The position numbers and the translations under genes were made by a program. Source: Patescibacteria group bacterium (GTDB lineage: Bacteria > Patescibacteriota > Microgenomatia > UBA1400 > PJMF01). Taken from it: a stretch of 64,000 bases of DNA. The notes below the pieces were generated by a model. It was given only the letters and a program-made list of their open reading frames with translations, was not told where the DNA came from and made no database searches. Location of the stretch: the NCBI GenBank assembly GCA_023382875.1, contig JAHDXH010000001.1:95527-159526 (forward strand). Reading direction: 5' to 3'. This document shows, piece by piece, positions 8,297 through 17,337 of this stretch. Within the stretch, counting starts at the first letter, position 1; each line of letters begins with the position of its first letter.

Positions 8297-9954
8297 AGGT
8301 TGATTTCACCATCTTGATTTAATACAACTGGTCCAGTGGTCGATTCCGCTACGGCTGTCACAACTTCACTGGTTTCACTAGTTGGGCTAATTGGCGTGTT
8401 AATTGGCGCAGGTGCGGCGACACTATCAATGGAACTGCTTAATTCAGGCATCGGTTCGATATTGGCTGGTGTAGTTAAGCCCTCCAAAACATTTGGGTCA
8501 CTGATAATTGGTGAAGCAATAGGTTGTTGAGGGGTAAGTTCAGGATGAGCAAGTTCAGTCAATGGTGCATTTGGATCAATTAAAGGTTCTTCTGGTGAGC
8601 TGTTAGATTTGGCAATTGCTTCGTCAGTTGCTATTTCTGTTGTCGGCGTTTCTCCAGAAGTTATGGGTTCTAGCTCTGGTGTTGGTGGTAAAGCACTGGC
8701 GATATGGCCCATTTCATCGTAAATACTAGAAAGTCTGTTGTACTTAGCTACTCGCTCTCCTCTATTGGGTGGACCAAATTTTACATATTGAACGCCCGCA
8801 CCAACAGCCAAGTCGGCGACAAAATCATCGTTGGTTTCACCACTACGATGTGAACAGATAACTTGCCAACCACTGTCTTTGGCTAGCTTGATGACTTGAA
8901 TAGTTTCGCTGACAGTGCCAGTTTGGTTGGGTTTAACAGTAATGCTATTACAAAGTTTTTCACTGATGGCTCTAGTAGTTCTTTCTAAGCTGGTGACCAA
9001 GAGTTTGTCTGCAACAACCATTCCTGTGCTATTAACATCGGCGGTAAACTCTTTCCAAGCTGACTCATCATCTTCTTGGAATGGATCTTCAATATAGAAC
9101 ACATGATAAAGATCTTTGAGTGTTTTATAGTACTTGGCTAATTCCTTGGAAGAAAGTGCTTGCGATTTGTCTTTGAGTGAATACTTGCCTGCTTCATGAA
9201 AAGTGGCTGCAGACATATCAGCACCCAAAAAGACATCTTGAGCAAAAGTGTATGGAGTAGCTTTAATAGATTCAATAATAATTTCAAAGGCGTCTGTGTT
9301 ATTGAAAAGATTGGGGGCAAAACCACCGTTCAATCCAGTTGAGTGAATGGCTCCTTTCATCATCAAAACCTCTTTGATTTTCTGGTAAATTGTCACGGCC
9401 ATGTTGATGGCAGATGGATAATCTACGTGGCTTGCAGGAATGATTTCAAACTCCTGAATATCAAGGTTTTCTGCACCATGCTTGCCACCCTCAATCATAG
9501 AAAAAATACAGGTAGGAATCAGAAGTTTTTGAGTCAATTGATATTTTTGCTGAATATAAATGTAGAGGGGTAAATTTGAAGCCAGAGCTCCAGCTTTGAG
9601 AATGGCTTGAGAGCAAACAAGAATGGCGTTGGCGCCAAGCTTGGATTTATCTTTGGTGCCATCTAAGTTAACCATGAGCTGATCAAGGTCTGTTTGGTTG
9701 GTTGGGTCTTTATCGATTAATTGTGGAGCAAGAATGTTGTTGACATTTTCGACTGCTTTTAAGACTCCTTTCCCCATCATTCGGGCTGCGTCGTTATCAC
9801 GAAGTTCTTTGGCCTCATATTTACCAGTTGAAGTACCAGAAGGAACAGAGGTGGTAACGCTTCGACCATCGTCAAGCCATAGAGTGCACTCAAGTGTGGG
9901 TAAACCTCTAGCGTCTAAAATTTCTTTGGCAACAATATTTTTAATAACGGACAT
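8293..9954 (-). CDS. eno: Enolase with a Pro/Thr/Glu-rich C-terminal extension of about 125 aa
   Basis: Motifs SHRSGETNDDFVADLAVG and KYNRL are present on an enolase core of about 430 aa. A disordered tail of TPELEP.../PTSETSEV... follows. Confidence 0.9.
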   Translation of the reverse strand: MSVIKNIVAKEILDARGLPTLECTLWLDDGRSVTTSVPSGTSTGKYEAKELRDNDAARMMGKGVLKAVENVNNILAPQLIDKDPTNQTDLDQLMVNLDGTKDKSKLGANAILVCSQAILKAGALASNLPLYIYIQQKYQLTQKLLIPTCIFSMIEGGKHGAENLDIQEFEIIPASHVDYPSAINMAVTIYQKIKEVLMMKGAIHSTGLNGGFAPNLFNNTDAFEIIIESIKATPYTFAQDVFLGADMSAATFHEAGKYSLKDKSQALSSKELAKYYKTLKDLYHVFYIEDPFQEDDESAWKEFTADVNSTGMVVADKLLVTSLERTTRAISEKLCNSITVKPNQTGTVSETIQVIKLAKDSGWQVICSHRSGETNDDFVADLAVGAGVQYVKFGPPNRGERVAKYNRLSSIYDEMGHIASALPPTPELEPITSGETPTTEIATDEAIAKSNSSPEEPLIDPNAPLTELAHPELTPQQPIASPIISDPNVLEGLTTPANIEPMPELSSSIDSVAAPAPINTPISPTSETSEVVTAVAESTTGPVVLNQDGEINL

Positions 9955-9969
9955 AAGTTGACTAACTGT

Positions 9970-12114
9970 CTATTTCAAAATCTGATTTTGAGTAGCGACA
10001 ATCTGTTGTTTAACTATAGCGAAAAGAGATGGTTTGACAACTACAGCGCGTAGGCTTAACTTTGTTGCCACGGTGACTAAATCAGAATAGTAGTGGTTGA
10101 GTTTTAAAACTACTGGCAACGTGCGTTCAATTTGACCTGTATAAAGTTTTGATTGCCTAATGACTTGAGCAATATTTTCCAGCATTGAGCCAATCAATTG
10201 ATGATCAAAAGTATAGTATTTTTCTAAATCTGGGTTATCTGGATCCAATCCATAAGCCAAGTCATGAATGGTTTTGGCTTGAACTGTTACACCGGAAATT
10301 GGTAAGTGTAAAAATTCACTTAAGTTAAAAACATTGGCGGGTGTATTGAGCTGTAGCCAAAATTTTAAATATGGATGGTCTGGAGAAGCTTGATCAATTT
10401 TTTTGAATAAAATGGCTAACTCTGTTACCGTTCTTACCCAAGGTAAAACAAAGTTGATGGCTCTTTTTTCTTTGTTGGCCAGATCATTGACCGCCTTTAA
10501 TTCGGCGACAAATAAAGTTTCGTCTTCTAAAATCTTCAAAGCGCCTCTAGTACCTAAGTATGGATTTTGCTCCAGTTTTTCGTAGCTATGAGAATTGCTT
10601 AAAGAGTTTAACTCTTGAGAATTTAGATTACAGGAACGGTAAAAAAAGTTGCTTGGTTTTTTGTTTAAGAAGGTTTTGATAGTGTGGTTTAGATTGTCAA
10701 AAAAATGTTGCTTTTGGGTTCTTAAAATATGATTGGGATGGACACCAATAAAAGCGATAGCATAGTCACTCTTTAGGAAAATTCCCTCTTCTTTGTCTTT
10801 GTACTGCTCGGTTTTATATGGGTTGCCGGCAGACAAGAAAACTTTGGTAATGGTTTGAGGTGTGACTGTTGGTTGAGTTGTGAGAGTTGGTTTGAGGAGA
10901 CGTCCAGCGCCGGCATCGACTACAATTTTTTGGTTGGTGTAGAGCTTGGTAGTAGCAAAGCTAGCGCCAACAATACAAGGAACGTGATGCTCGTTGATAA
11001 GGCTAATCAAAACGGGACTCAGTGTTTTTTCTTCAATGACAATGGCACTGGCTCTGAGAATCAAATTTTGATCTAGATGATCAAGACTTTTCTTGACCAA
11101 AATATTTCCAGTTATGAAATTGCGTGCTTCTTGGGGTGTTTTAACCACTTGGACAAAACTTTCAATGAAGCCGCCAGTGACGCTTTGGCCAAGTAGAATC
11201 AATTCTGAATCTTGATTGGTTTTTTGTGATGGTTCAAAAATTTTACTGATGAAAATACGACCGTTTTTTATTTCAAAATAGAGCTTTCTTCTGCCTAGGG
11301 TTTGGCGATTAAACTTTTGGCAGTAATTGGCCAAGGTTAGGGCTTGAGCGTCGGTGATGGCAGCCGCATTTTGATTTTTGGCTTTAGTGATTTTTAAGTC
11401 ATCTAAAACACGTTTGAGAACAATTTTTCTAGGATTTAAATGCCTAGAAACAATTGTTTCTGAGCTCAAATTAATTTCGAATCGGTCGGGTTTATTGGTT
11501 GGTCCGAGTTTGCTGTCATAAACACCCAACACAGCTTTGACTTGGACAATATTTTTCTTAAGTCTATCGATTTTGACTACGCCAGAAGCATCGGGTTGAT
11601 TTTGGGTTAAGATTAAAATTGGTTGGATTACCTCCTCACCTTTTTTGTAGCTTTGAGCCCAAAGTTCTAAAATTGATTCGAGTAAATTGGCAGAGCCATT
11701 AATGTTATCAAGACTGTTTTTGGCTGTTTGAATTTGGAGAAATTCACTTTTATCTTGAAGCTTTTCAGTTTTTTTGACGATGTCTTCTGCGATATCACTA
11801 GGAATTTTTTGGTTGGCAATTAAAGTACGAATTTTTTTGAAAGCTGCTTTGCTAGTGTGTTCATTTTCCCAGTCTGCAGTTTCTTCGATCAAATCAATTT
11901 TATGGTAAAGATCATTGTGATGAGCAATTTGCTTGAGAGTTTCACTTGGAATAACAAAACCATCACAAGTTTTAATTTTTAACTTAAGGAGGCGAGAAAA
12001 ATCCAAAGCAAGTTTGCCTACTTGTCGTGGGGGCAAAGAATCGACTTGATTGAGTGAAATTATAGTATTAATAATCACACTACTATAGTAGCTTAACTCG
12101 ACAGACCAAAGCAA
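9970..12114 (-). CDS. PEP-utilizing enzyme family protein (PEP synthase/PPDK-like), diverged
   Basis: A C-terminal PEP-utilizers TIM-barrel is suggested by NPYLGTRGALKIL and TIHDLAYGLDPDNPDL. A central swivel-like domain ends ...VPCIVGASFATTKLYTNQKIVVDAGAG. No canonical TSHAAI His motif and no catalytic Cys motif were seen by eye. It is first in an operon with eno and gpmI. Confidence 0.55.
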   Translation of the reverse strand: MLWSVELSYYSSVIINTIISLNQVDSLPPRQVGKLALDFSRLLKLKIKTCDGFVIPSETLKQIAHHNDLYHKIDLIEETADWENEHTSKAAFKKIRTLIANQKIPSDIAEDIVKKTEKLQDKSEFLQIQTAKNSLDNINGSANLLESILELWAQSYKKGEEVIQPILILTQNQPDASGVVKIDRLKKNIVQVKAVLGVYDSKLGPTNKPDRFEINLSSETIVSRHLNPRKIVLKRVLDDLKITKAKNQNAAAITDAQALTLANYCQKFNRQTLGRRKLYFEIKNGRIFISKIFEPSQKTNQDSELILLGQSVTGGFIESFVQVVKTPQEARNFITGNILVKKSLDHLDQNLILRASAIVIEEKTLSPVLISLINEHHVPCIVGASFATTKLYTNQKIVVDAGAGRLLKPTLTTQPTVTPQTITKVFLSAGNPYKTEQYKDKEEGIFLKSDYAIAFIGVHPNHILRTQKQHFFDNLNHTIKTFLNKKPSNFFYRSCNLNSQELNSLSNSHSYEKLEQNPYLGTRGALKILEDETLFVAELKAVNDLANKEKRAINFVLPWVRTVTELAILFKKIDQASPDHPYLKFWLQLNTPANVFNLSEFLHLPISGVTVQAKTIHDLAYGLDPDNPDLEKYYTFDHQLIGSMLENIAQVIRQSKLYTGQIERTLPVVLKLNHYYSDLVTVATKLSLRAVVVKPSLFAIVKQQIVATQNQILK

Positions 12115-12135
12115 CTCAAGTTTGAGTTTTTTGGG

Positions 12136-13380
12136 TTAACTGCGTTGAATAGTTTCTTCGTGCTCAACGTTTTTGCTAATGGTTAAACCAGGGAAAATTT
12201 TAGCTTCAGATCCAATTAAGACTCCGGGCATAGTGTTGAGGCCAATACCTAGTTTGGCGCCATCGCCAGTGATAATGCCTAGTGCAGTGAGACCGGTGTC
12301 AGTCTTGATACCTTTGACCATGGTATTGATACTTTCGCGGTTGAGTCTTTTGTTGGCAGTAATCAAGCCAGCACCAATTTGGTTGTTGGGTCCGATAATT
12401 GAGTCGGCTGCATAGCTGAAGTGAAGGGTGCTATTTTCTAAAATAATTGATCTCACTAATTCAGTGTTAGCGCCAATGACGCTACCCTCTTCCAAAGAAG
12501 ATTGTCTGACAAAGCTGTAGTCACCAACTAGGGTGTTTTTGCCTAAATAGCTAGGGCCAACGATTTTGGCGAAATCACCAACTTTAGCTCCTGCTTCAAT
12601 AACAATTGGTCCTTTTGATTCATCGAGAATGGCAGTCTTAGCGACTTCAGCAGTTGGATCAACTTTTGACACCAGTTGGTTAAAGAGAATGCTTTGGAAT
12701 TTGAAAAGATGCCATGGGTATTTCAATGAAAAAACTGATTCTTCTAGTTCTACTACTCTGACCGATTCAGTCTTAAATAGCTCATCTAAAGCTTGTTCAA
12801 AGTTGTATTCTGCTTCTGGAAGTCTAGATAAAATTTCTAAATACTTTTGATTAAGTAGATAACAGCCGTTAATTTTTAGATCTGACTTTTGAGTACCTTT
12901 GGCTGGTTTTTCTTCGATGGCTTTGGCATGACCATTTTCGACTTCAACAATACCATAAAGCCAGGGTTCGGTGGTTTTGGTGGTGCAAATAGTGGCGTCA
13001 CTGTTTGTTGACAACATTTTATCAGCGATTTCTCCAGCGTTGATTAGATCGGGAAAAATTACGAAGAATTTATCTGTCAAATATTCTCGAGCCGAAAGCA
13101 GAGCATCGCCCATACCTTTGGCTTCTTTTTGGACTACATAGTGAATATTTAAATTGCTTTTACAGGCCTCAATAGCTTTTTTGAGTGAGCCAGATTCTTG
13201 ATCGCGTTCAGACTGGACGATGATGGCATCACTAAAACCGTGTTCAGCTAAACTTCTCAAAGTTCTAGAAATGAATGATTCGCCCAATAAAGTGATGGCA
13301 CCTTTATGAACTTGGGTATTAAGAGGAAAAAAACGTGAATTGGAGCCAGCGGCAGTAATGACGATTTGCGGTTTTGACAT
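12136..13380 (-). CDS. Sugar-phosphate nucleotidyltransferase with a C-terminal left-handed beta-helix (hexapeptide repeat) domain, GlmU/GCD1-like
   Basis: The N-terminal NTP-transferase motif is IVITAAGSNSRF. The C-terminus carries tandem hexapeptide repeats (IGPNNQIGAGLIT..., LGIGLNTMPGVLIGSEAKIF). Confidence 0.65.
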   Translation of the reverse strand: MSKPQIVITAAGSNSRFFPLNTQVHKGAITLLGESFISRTLRSLAEHGFSDAIIVQSERDQESGSLKKAIEACKSNLNIHYVVQKEAKGMGDALLSAREYLTDKFFVIFPDLINAGEIADKMLSTNSDATICTTKTTEPWLYGIVEVENGHAKAIEEKPAKGTQKSDLKINGCYLLNQKYLEILSRLPEAEYNFEQALDELFKTESVRVVELEESVFSLKYPWHLFKFQSILFNQLVSKVDPTAEVAKTAILDESKGPIVIEAGAKVGDFAKIVGPSYLGKNTLVGDYSFVRQSSLEEGSVIGANTELVRSIILENSTLHFSYAADSIIGPNNQIGAGLITANKRLNRESINTMVKGIKTDTGLTALGIITGDGAKLGIGLNTMPGVLIGSEAKIFPGLTISKNVEHEETIQRS

Positions 13381-13395
13381 AAAACCATTCTATCA

Positions 13396-13908
13396 TCATT
13401 CTTCTCTCAAATAGGCTCTGAGCATGTCGAGACAGGTATTGACGGTTGGGAATGCTAGTGTCTGAGGAATTTGATCAAGATTAAACCATTTGAGCTCACT
13501 AATATCATCTTGAGCTTTTATTTCTCCCCCGACAACTTCGACAGCGTAGACAAAAACTAAGGTAGGAACTAGAGTGTCACCATAAATATCAGGGGCTGAG
13601 CCAAGATATTTGTTGATCTTTACGTCGAGACTAGTTTCTTCTTTGGCTTCGCGAATCGCACCTTGTTCGGCAGTTTCGTCTACTTCAATAAAACCACCGG
13701 GCAAATCCCAAGTACCAAGGCTTGGTTCGATCGCTCTTTTGCCCAAAAGCACTTGGTTATTTTGGTGAATGAGAACGACGGTGCAAGGGGCGGGGTTTAA
13801 ATAATAAGTAAAGCTACAATTTGGGCAAGTAGCCGCATTTCCATCATGTGCGAGTTTTGTCCTACATTTAGGACAATAAATAATATTTCGGCTTTGGTAG
13901 GTTTCCAT
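13396..13908 (-). CDS. NUDIX hydrolase with an N-terminal zinc ribbon
   Basis: The zinc ribbon is CPKCRTK...CPNCS. The Nudix box is GGFIEVDETAEQGAIREAKEETS. Confidence 0.8.
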   Translation of the reverse strand: METYQSRNIIYCPKCRTKLAHDGNAATCPNCSFTYYLNPAPCTVVLIHQNNQVLLGKRAIEPSLGTWDLPGGFIEVDETAEQGAIREAKEETSLDVKINKYLGSAPDIYGDTLVPTLVFVYAVEVVGGEIKAQDDISELKWFNLDQIPQTLAFPTVNTCLDMLRAYLREE

Positions 13909-14026
13909 TTTGATTAATTATCAGGTCAAAATAGCTGTTTGTAAGGTTGATCTTTGATAAAGGATTGAATCTGAATCAATCGAACAAAGCAGCTATTTTG
14001 CCTAAATGATTTATAAACTTTGGAAA

Positions 14027-15454
14027 CTAATCCAAAGCGTGAATGTTAACACCTTGTGCCCAATCAATTTCTGGGTGCTTCTTGAGCATTGTTTTCAAGA
14101 AAGTTTTGATTTGATCATATTTTTCTTGAGTCTTAGCTTCAAACTTAATGGTTACATACGGGCCATTTTGAGAGGCACGAATGATAGCCATACTGTCTGG
14201 ATTGTCAGCTCTAATGCCGTCAATATCGACATATTTAGCATCTGGCCACTCGTTCATGAATTCTTGGCGAATGACGGTGTCAATAAATTTGAATTTAATG
14301 TTGTCAGCCAAACCCAGCTTCATTTCTGGACTAGAAATGTATTTGGCCAAGTGAGAAACAGCTTGACTTAAAGTTTCATTTCTTCTTTCGAGGAAAGCTA
14401 AGAGTCTAAGTGAAGCAAAAGCACCGTCATCATGACCATAGAAGTTGTCCATGAAGAAGATATGGCCAGACAATTCACCACCAAATGGTGAGCGAACTTC
14501 TTTGACCTTAGCTTTAATGAAGCTATGGCCAGTCATCCACATCACTGGGGTACCACCGGCTTGTTCAATAGCTTCGGTAACAGATCTAGAACAAAGAGTG
14601 TTGTAGACAATTGGAGCTTTAGGAATGAACTCAAGGACATCTTGGGCAAACAAAGCGACAATGGTGTCCATCCATAAAACTTGACCATTTTCATCTACGA
14701 CAGCCATACGGTCGCCGTCGGTGTCATAAGCAAAGCCAAGATCAGCTCCAGCTTTTTTCACACCTTCAGCTAATCTTTCCAAAACTTCAACTTCAGTTGG
14801 ATCTGGCACGCCCATTGGGAAGTTGCCATCTGGAGTACAGTTTTGTTCAATTACTTCGCAGCCAGCGCCACGCAAAATTTGTGGGTAGAAAATACCAGAG
14901 TTAGTGCAACAAGCATCAACGACGATTTTCCATTTTTTCTTTAAATTAAAGTGTTTGAGGATATCAGCTTTGTAGGCAGGGAAAATATCTTCTTGGCGAT
15001 TGGTGCCTTGACCTTCGACGAAGCGGCCTTCATTAGCGATATCGCGAAGATATAAAATTTCTTCAGTAATCATGGTGTCAGAATAACCAACACCAAGTTT
15101 CAAACCATTAAATTCTTTGGGATTGTGTGAAGCAGTAATCATGGCTCCACCTTTGGTTCTGAAGTAGTAACTGGAGAAGTAGGTAATTTGAGAAAGAGTA
15201 TCACCAATTTCAATGGTATTAACTCCCCCATCATTTAAGCCTTGAATAAAAGCTTTGGTATAAACAACACTGGTTAAACGGTTGTCATGACCAACGGCTG
15301 CTTCGTCAATGCGACGTTCATGTAAAAAGGTAGCGTAAGCGCGACCAAGTGTGTAATAAACATCTTCATTAAGTTGTTTATCAGCTAAGCCACGAAGGTC
15401 GTAGCCTCTAAAAATTGTTGGATCAATGTTTTTGACAATGTTATACATATCCAT
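14027..15454 (-). CDS. Phosphoglucomutase/phosphomannomutase (alpha-D-phosphohexomutase)
   Basis: The active-site loop GGAMITASHNPKEFNGLK (TASHNP) is present. Length is 475 aa. Confidence 0.85.
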   Translation of the reverse strand: MDMYNIVKNIDPTIFRGYDLRGLADKQLNEDVYYTLGRAYATFLHERRIDEAAVGHDNRLTSVVYTKAFIQGLNDGGVNTIEIGDTLSQITYFSSYYFRTKGGAMITASHNPKEFNGLKLGVGYSDTMITEEILYLRDIANEGRFVEGQGTNRQEDIFPAYKADILKHFNLKKKWKIVVDACCTNSGIFYPQILRGAGCEVIEQNCTPDGNFPMGVPDPTEVEVLERLAEGVKKAGADLGFAYDTDGDRMAVVDENGQVLWMDTIVALFAQDVLEFIPKAPIVYNTLCSRSVTEAIEQAGGTPVMWMTGHSFIKAKVKEVRSPFGGELSGHIFFMDNFYGHDDGAFASLRLLAFLERRNETLSQAVSHLAKYISSPEMKLGLADNIKFKFIDTVIRQEFMNEWPDAKYVDIDGIRADNPDSMAIIRASQNGPYVTIKFEAKTQEKYDQIKTFLKTMLKKHPEIDWAQGVNIHALD

Positions 15455-15480
15455 TATTGATAATTAATAACTGCGAAAGC

Positions 15481-16155
15481 CTACATCGCAAAAAGTAATA
15501 GGTCAAGTTCGCTCGCCAAATCCATAGCCATAGTACTGGTTTTTTGGCCTATTTCCAGTTTAAACAGTTGCGAGTGAAGTGCAAGGAGTTGGTCTAAGGT
15601 GAATCTGGTGGCTTGTTTTTTGAGCTTGGCGATCATGAAGGGGGCGCCGGCAACTTGTCCTCCTGATTTAACTTGGATAAGCATTCTAATTTGTCTAACT
15701 AACATGGTGAAAACAAGGAAAGGATCGTTTTGTTCTGATGCCTGGTGAAGTTGGGTTAGAAGCAACCTTTTATCATTGGTGCCAAGGTTGTCGAGTAACT
15801 CCCACATTACATTAGTAACTTTGAACTCAAAAACTTGAGCAGCAACAAACTTTTTGAGCATAGTAGCTGTCAAAGTTTTTTTCTCGTAAAGAATGATTTT
15901 CTCTTCTTGTTTAGACAGTAGTTCGATAAGTTCTTTTTTTCTGGCTGAAGTCGGCAAAGAATGCAGTTCCTCGATGATAAACATCTGGTCGCCACCAAAT
16001 AGATCGCTGCCACCGAGATTTTCGCTTAAATTGGCTAGGGTTAGTTTTTTGGCTTCTAACCTTGTAAGACTAAGGCCATTTTTTTTAGCTTCATCAATTA
16101 ATTCCTGAAGTTTTTTTCTAGACTGACTGGTGTTCTCGCCGTGGATAATAATCAC
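15481..16155 (-). CDS. Possible DNA polymerase III delta subunit (HolA-like), short
   Basis: The N-terminal pattern MIIIHGEN...DLFGG and the C-terminal helical region resemble HolA. The assignment is by eye only. Confidence 0.4.
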   Translation of the reverse strand: MIIIHGENTSQSRKKLQELIDEAKKNGLSLTRLEAKKLTLANLSENLGGSDLFGGDQMFIIEELHSLPTSARKKELIELLSKQEEKIILYEKKTLTATMLKKFVAAQVFEFKVTNVMWELLDNLGTNDKRLLLTQLHQASEQNDPFLVFTMLVRQIRMLIQVKSGGQVAGAPFMIAKLKKQATRFTLDQLLALHSQLFKLEIGQKTSTMAMDLASELDLLLFAM

Positions 16156-16244
16156 AGCTTATTTTTATCTTGATTATGGGGAAAAAACAAGCTCAGCTGT
16201 GGCTTGATCTAGGTGGCTTTTTAGTGTTTAAATAGGCGTAGTTT

Positions 16245-17336
16245 ATGTTGAAGTTTATTCAAGTTAGCAAGCAATATCTGGATGATAAACCAGCCCTTGA
16301 GAATGTTTCTTTTGAAATTGATAAGGGTGAACTGGTTTTGATTACTGGTCCTTCTGGTTCTGGCAAAACTACCCTTTTGAAGCTTTTGACTAAGGAGCTC
16401 GAGCCAAGTGAGGGTGAAATTTTTTTTGGTGATCAAGATCTGGGTAAGCTAAAAAGATCAAAAATTCCTTATCACCGTCGCAAAATTGGTGCTGTTTTTC
16501 AAGACTACAAACTTTTACCAGAGTTAAATGTGTGGGAAAACATTGCTTTAGCTCTTTCTATTTTAGGTCACCCAGACAACGAAATTGAAGAAAAAGTTAC
16601 AGATTTGCTCAAGTTAGTAGGTTTAGCGGACAAAGCCTATCTTTTTCCCCATCAACTTTCTGGTGGTGAAGCTCAAAGAATTAGTATCGCCAGAGCTTTA
16701 TCAACCGCCCCTCAAATCATTTTTGCCGACGAACCCACTGGTAATCTCGATGCTGAAAACTCTCTCATCGTGGCCAAGTTGTTAAGAAAAATCAATGAGT
16801 TGGGCACGACTGTTATCGTTACTACCCACGACCCAGTGGTAATTAAATACCTAAATTTTGCTCATAAGATGACGATTGATAAAGGTACTTTGTTTGATGA
16901 AAGTGCTAAAAAACCCGTCAAAAAAGCTGAAGAAGTGAAAAAGGCTGAATCTAAAGAAGATCGCGACGACGATCGCAAAGACCACGATGATGGCCGAGAT
17001 GATCACGACGATGACAAAGAGGAAAAAACTGAGGCCAAGTCAGACAAATCAGACAAGTCAGGTGCTTCTAAAGAGCCAAAGGTCAAAAAACACTGGGGTT
17101 TCTTTGGAGTTTTCAAACATAAGGAAAAGTCGAGTCAACCAGAAAAACCAGAAAAAAATGACAGTCATGATGGCCATCATCACGACCATCACCATGACGA
17201 TCACCATGATCACATTGAAGTCGAATCTGAAGATTTAGACGAAGATGACAAAAATGACCAACATCAAGATAAAAAAGATACAAAATCCAAGTCAGACAAA
17301 TCAAAAGTAAAAAAACACGAGGAAAAGGAAGACTAA
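16245..17336 (+). CDS. ftsE: Cell-division ABC ATPase FtsE with a C-terminal acidic, His-rich low-complexity tail of about 140 aa
   Basis: Walker A is GPSGSGKTT, the signature is LSGGEAQRISIARAL and Walker B is IFADEPTGNLD. The tail contains KDHDDGRDDHDDDKEE... and DGHHHDHHHDDHHDH. Confidence 0.85.
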   Translation: MLKFIQVSKQYLDDKPALENVSFEIDKGELVLITGPSGSGKTTLLKLLTKELEPSEGEIFFGDQDLGKLKRSKIPYHRRKIGAVFQDYKLLPELNVWENIALALSILGHPDNEIEEKVTDLLKLVGLADKAYLFPHQLSGGEAQRISIARALSTAPQIIFADEPTGNLDAENSLIVAKLLRKINELGTTVIVTTHDPVVIKYLNFAHKMTIDKGTLFDESAKKPVKKAEEVKKAESKEDRDDDRKDHDDGRDDHDDDKEEKTEAKSDKSDKSGASKEPKVKKHWGFFGVFKHKEKSSQPEKPEKNDSHDGHHHDHHHDDHHDHIEVESEDLDEDDKNDQHQDKKDTKSKSDKSKVKKHEEKED

Positions 17337-17337
17337 G

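Noticed and set aside
16987-17304. ORFs 16987..17238 (+) and 17113..17304 (-) overlapping the ftsE tail
   Set aside because: They are alternative frames of the repetitive GA/CA-rich tail-coding region. The ftsE frame is continuous from a validated ATPase core.
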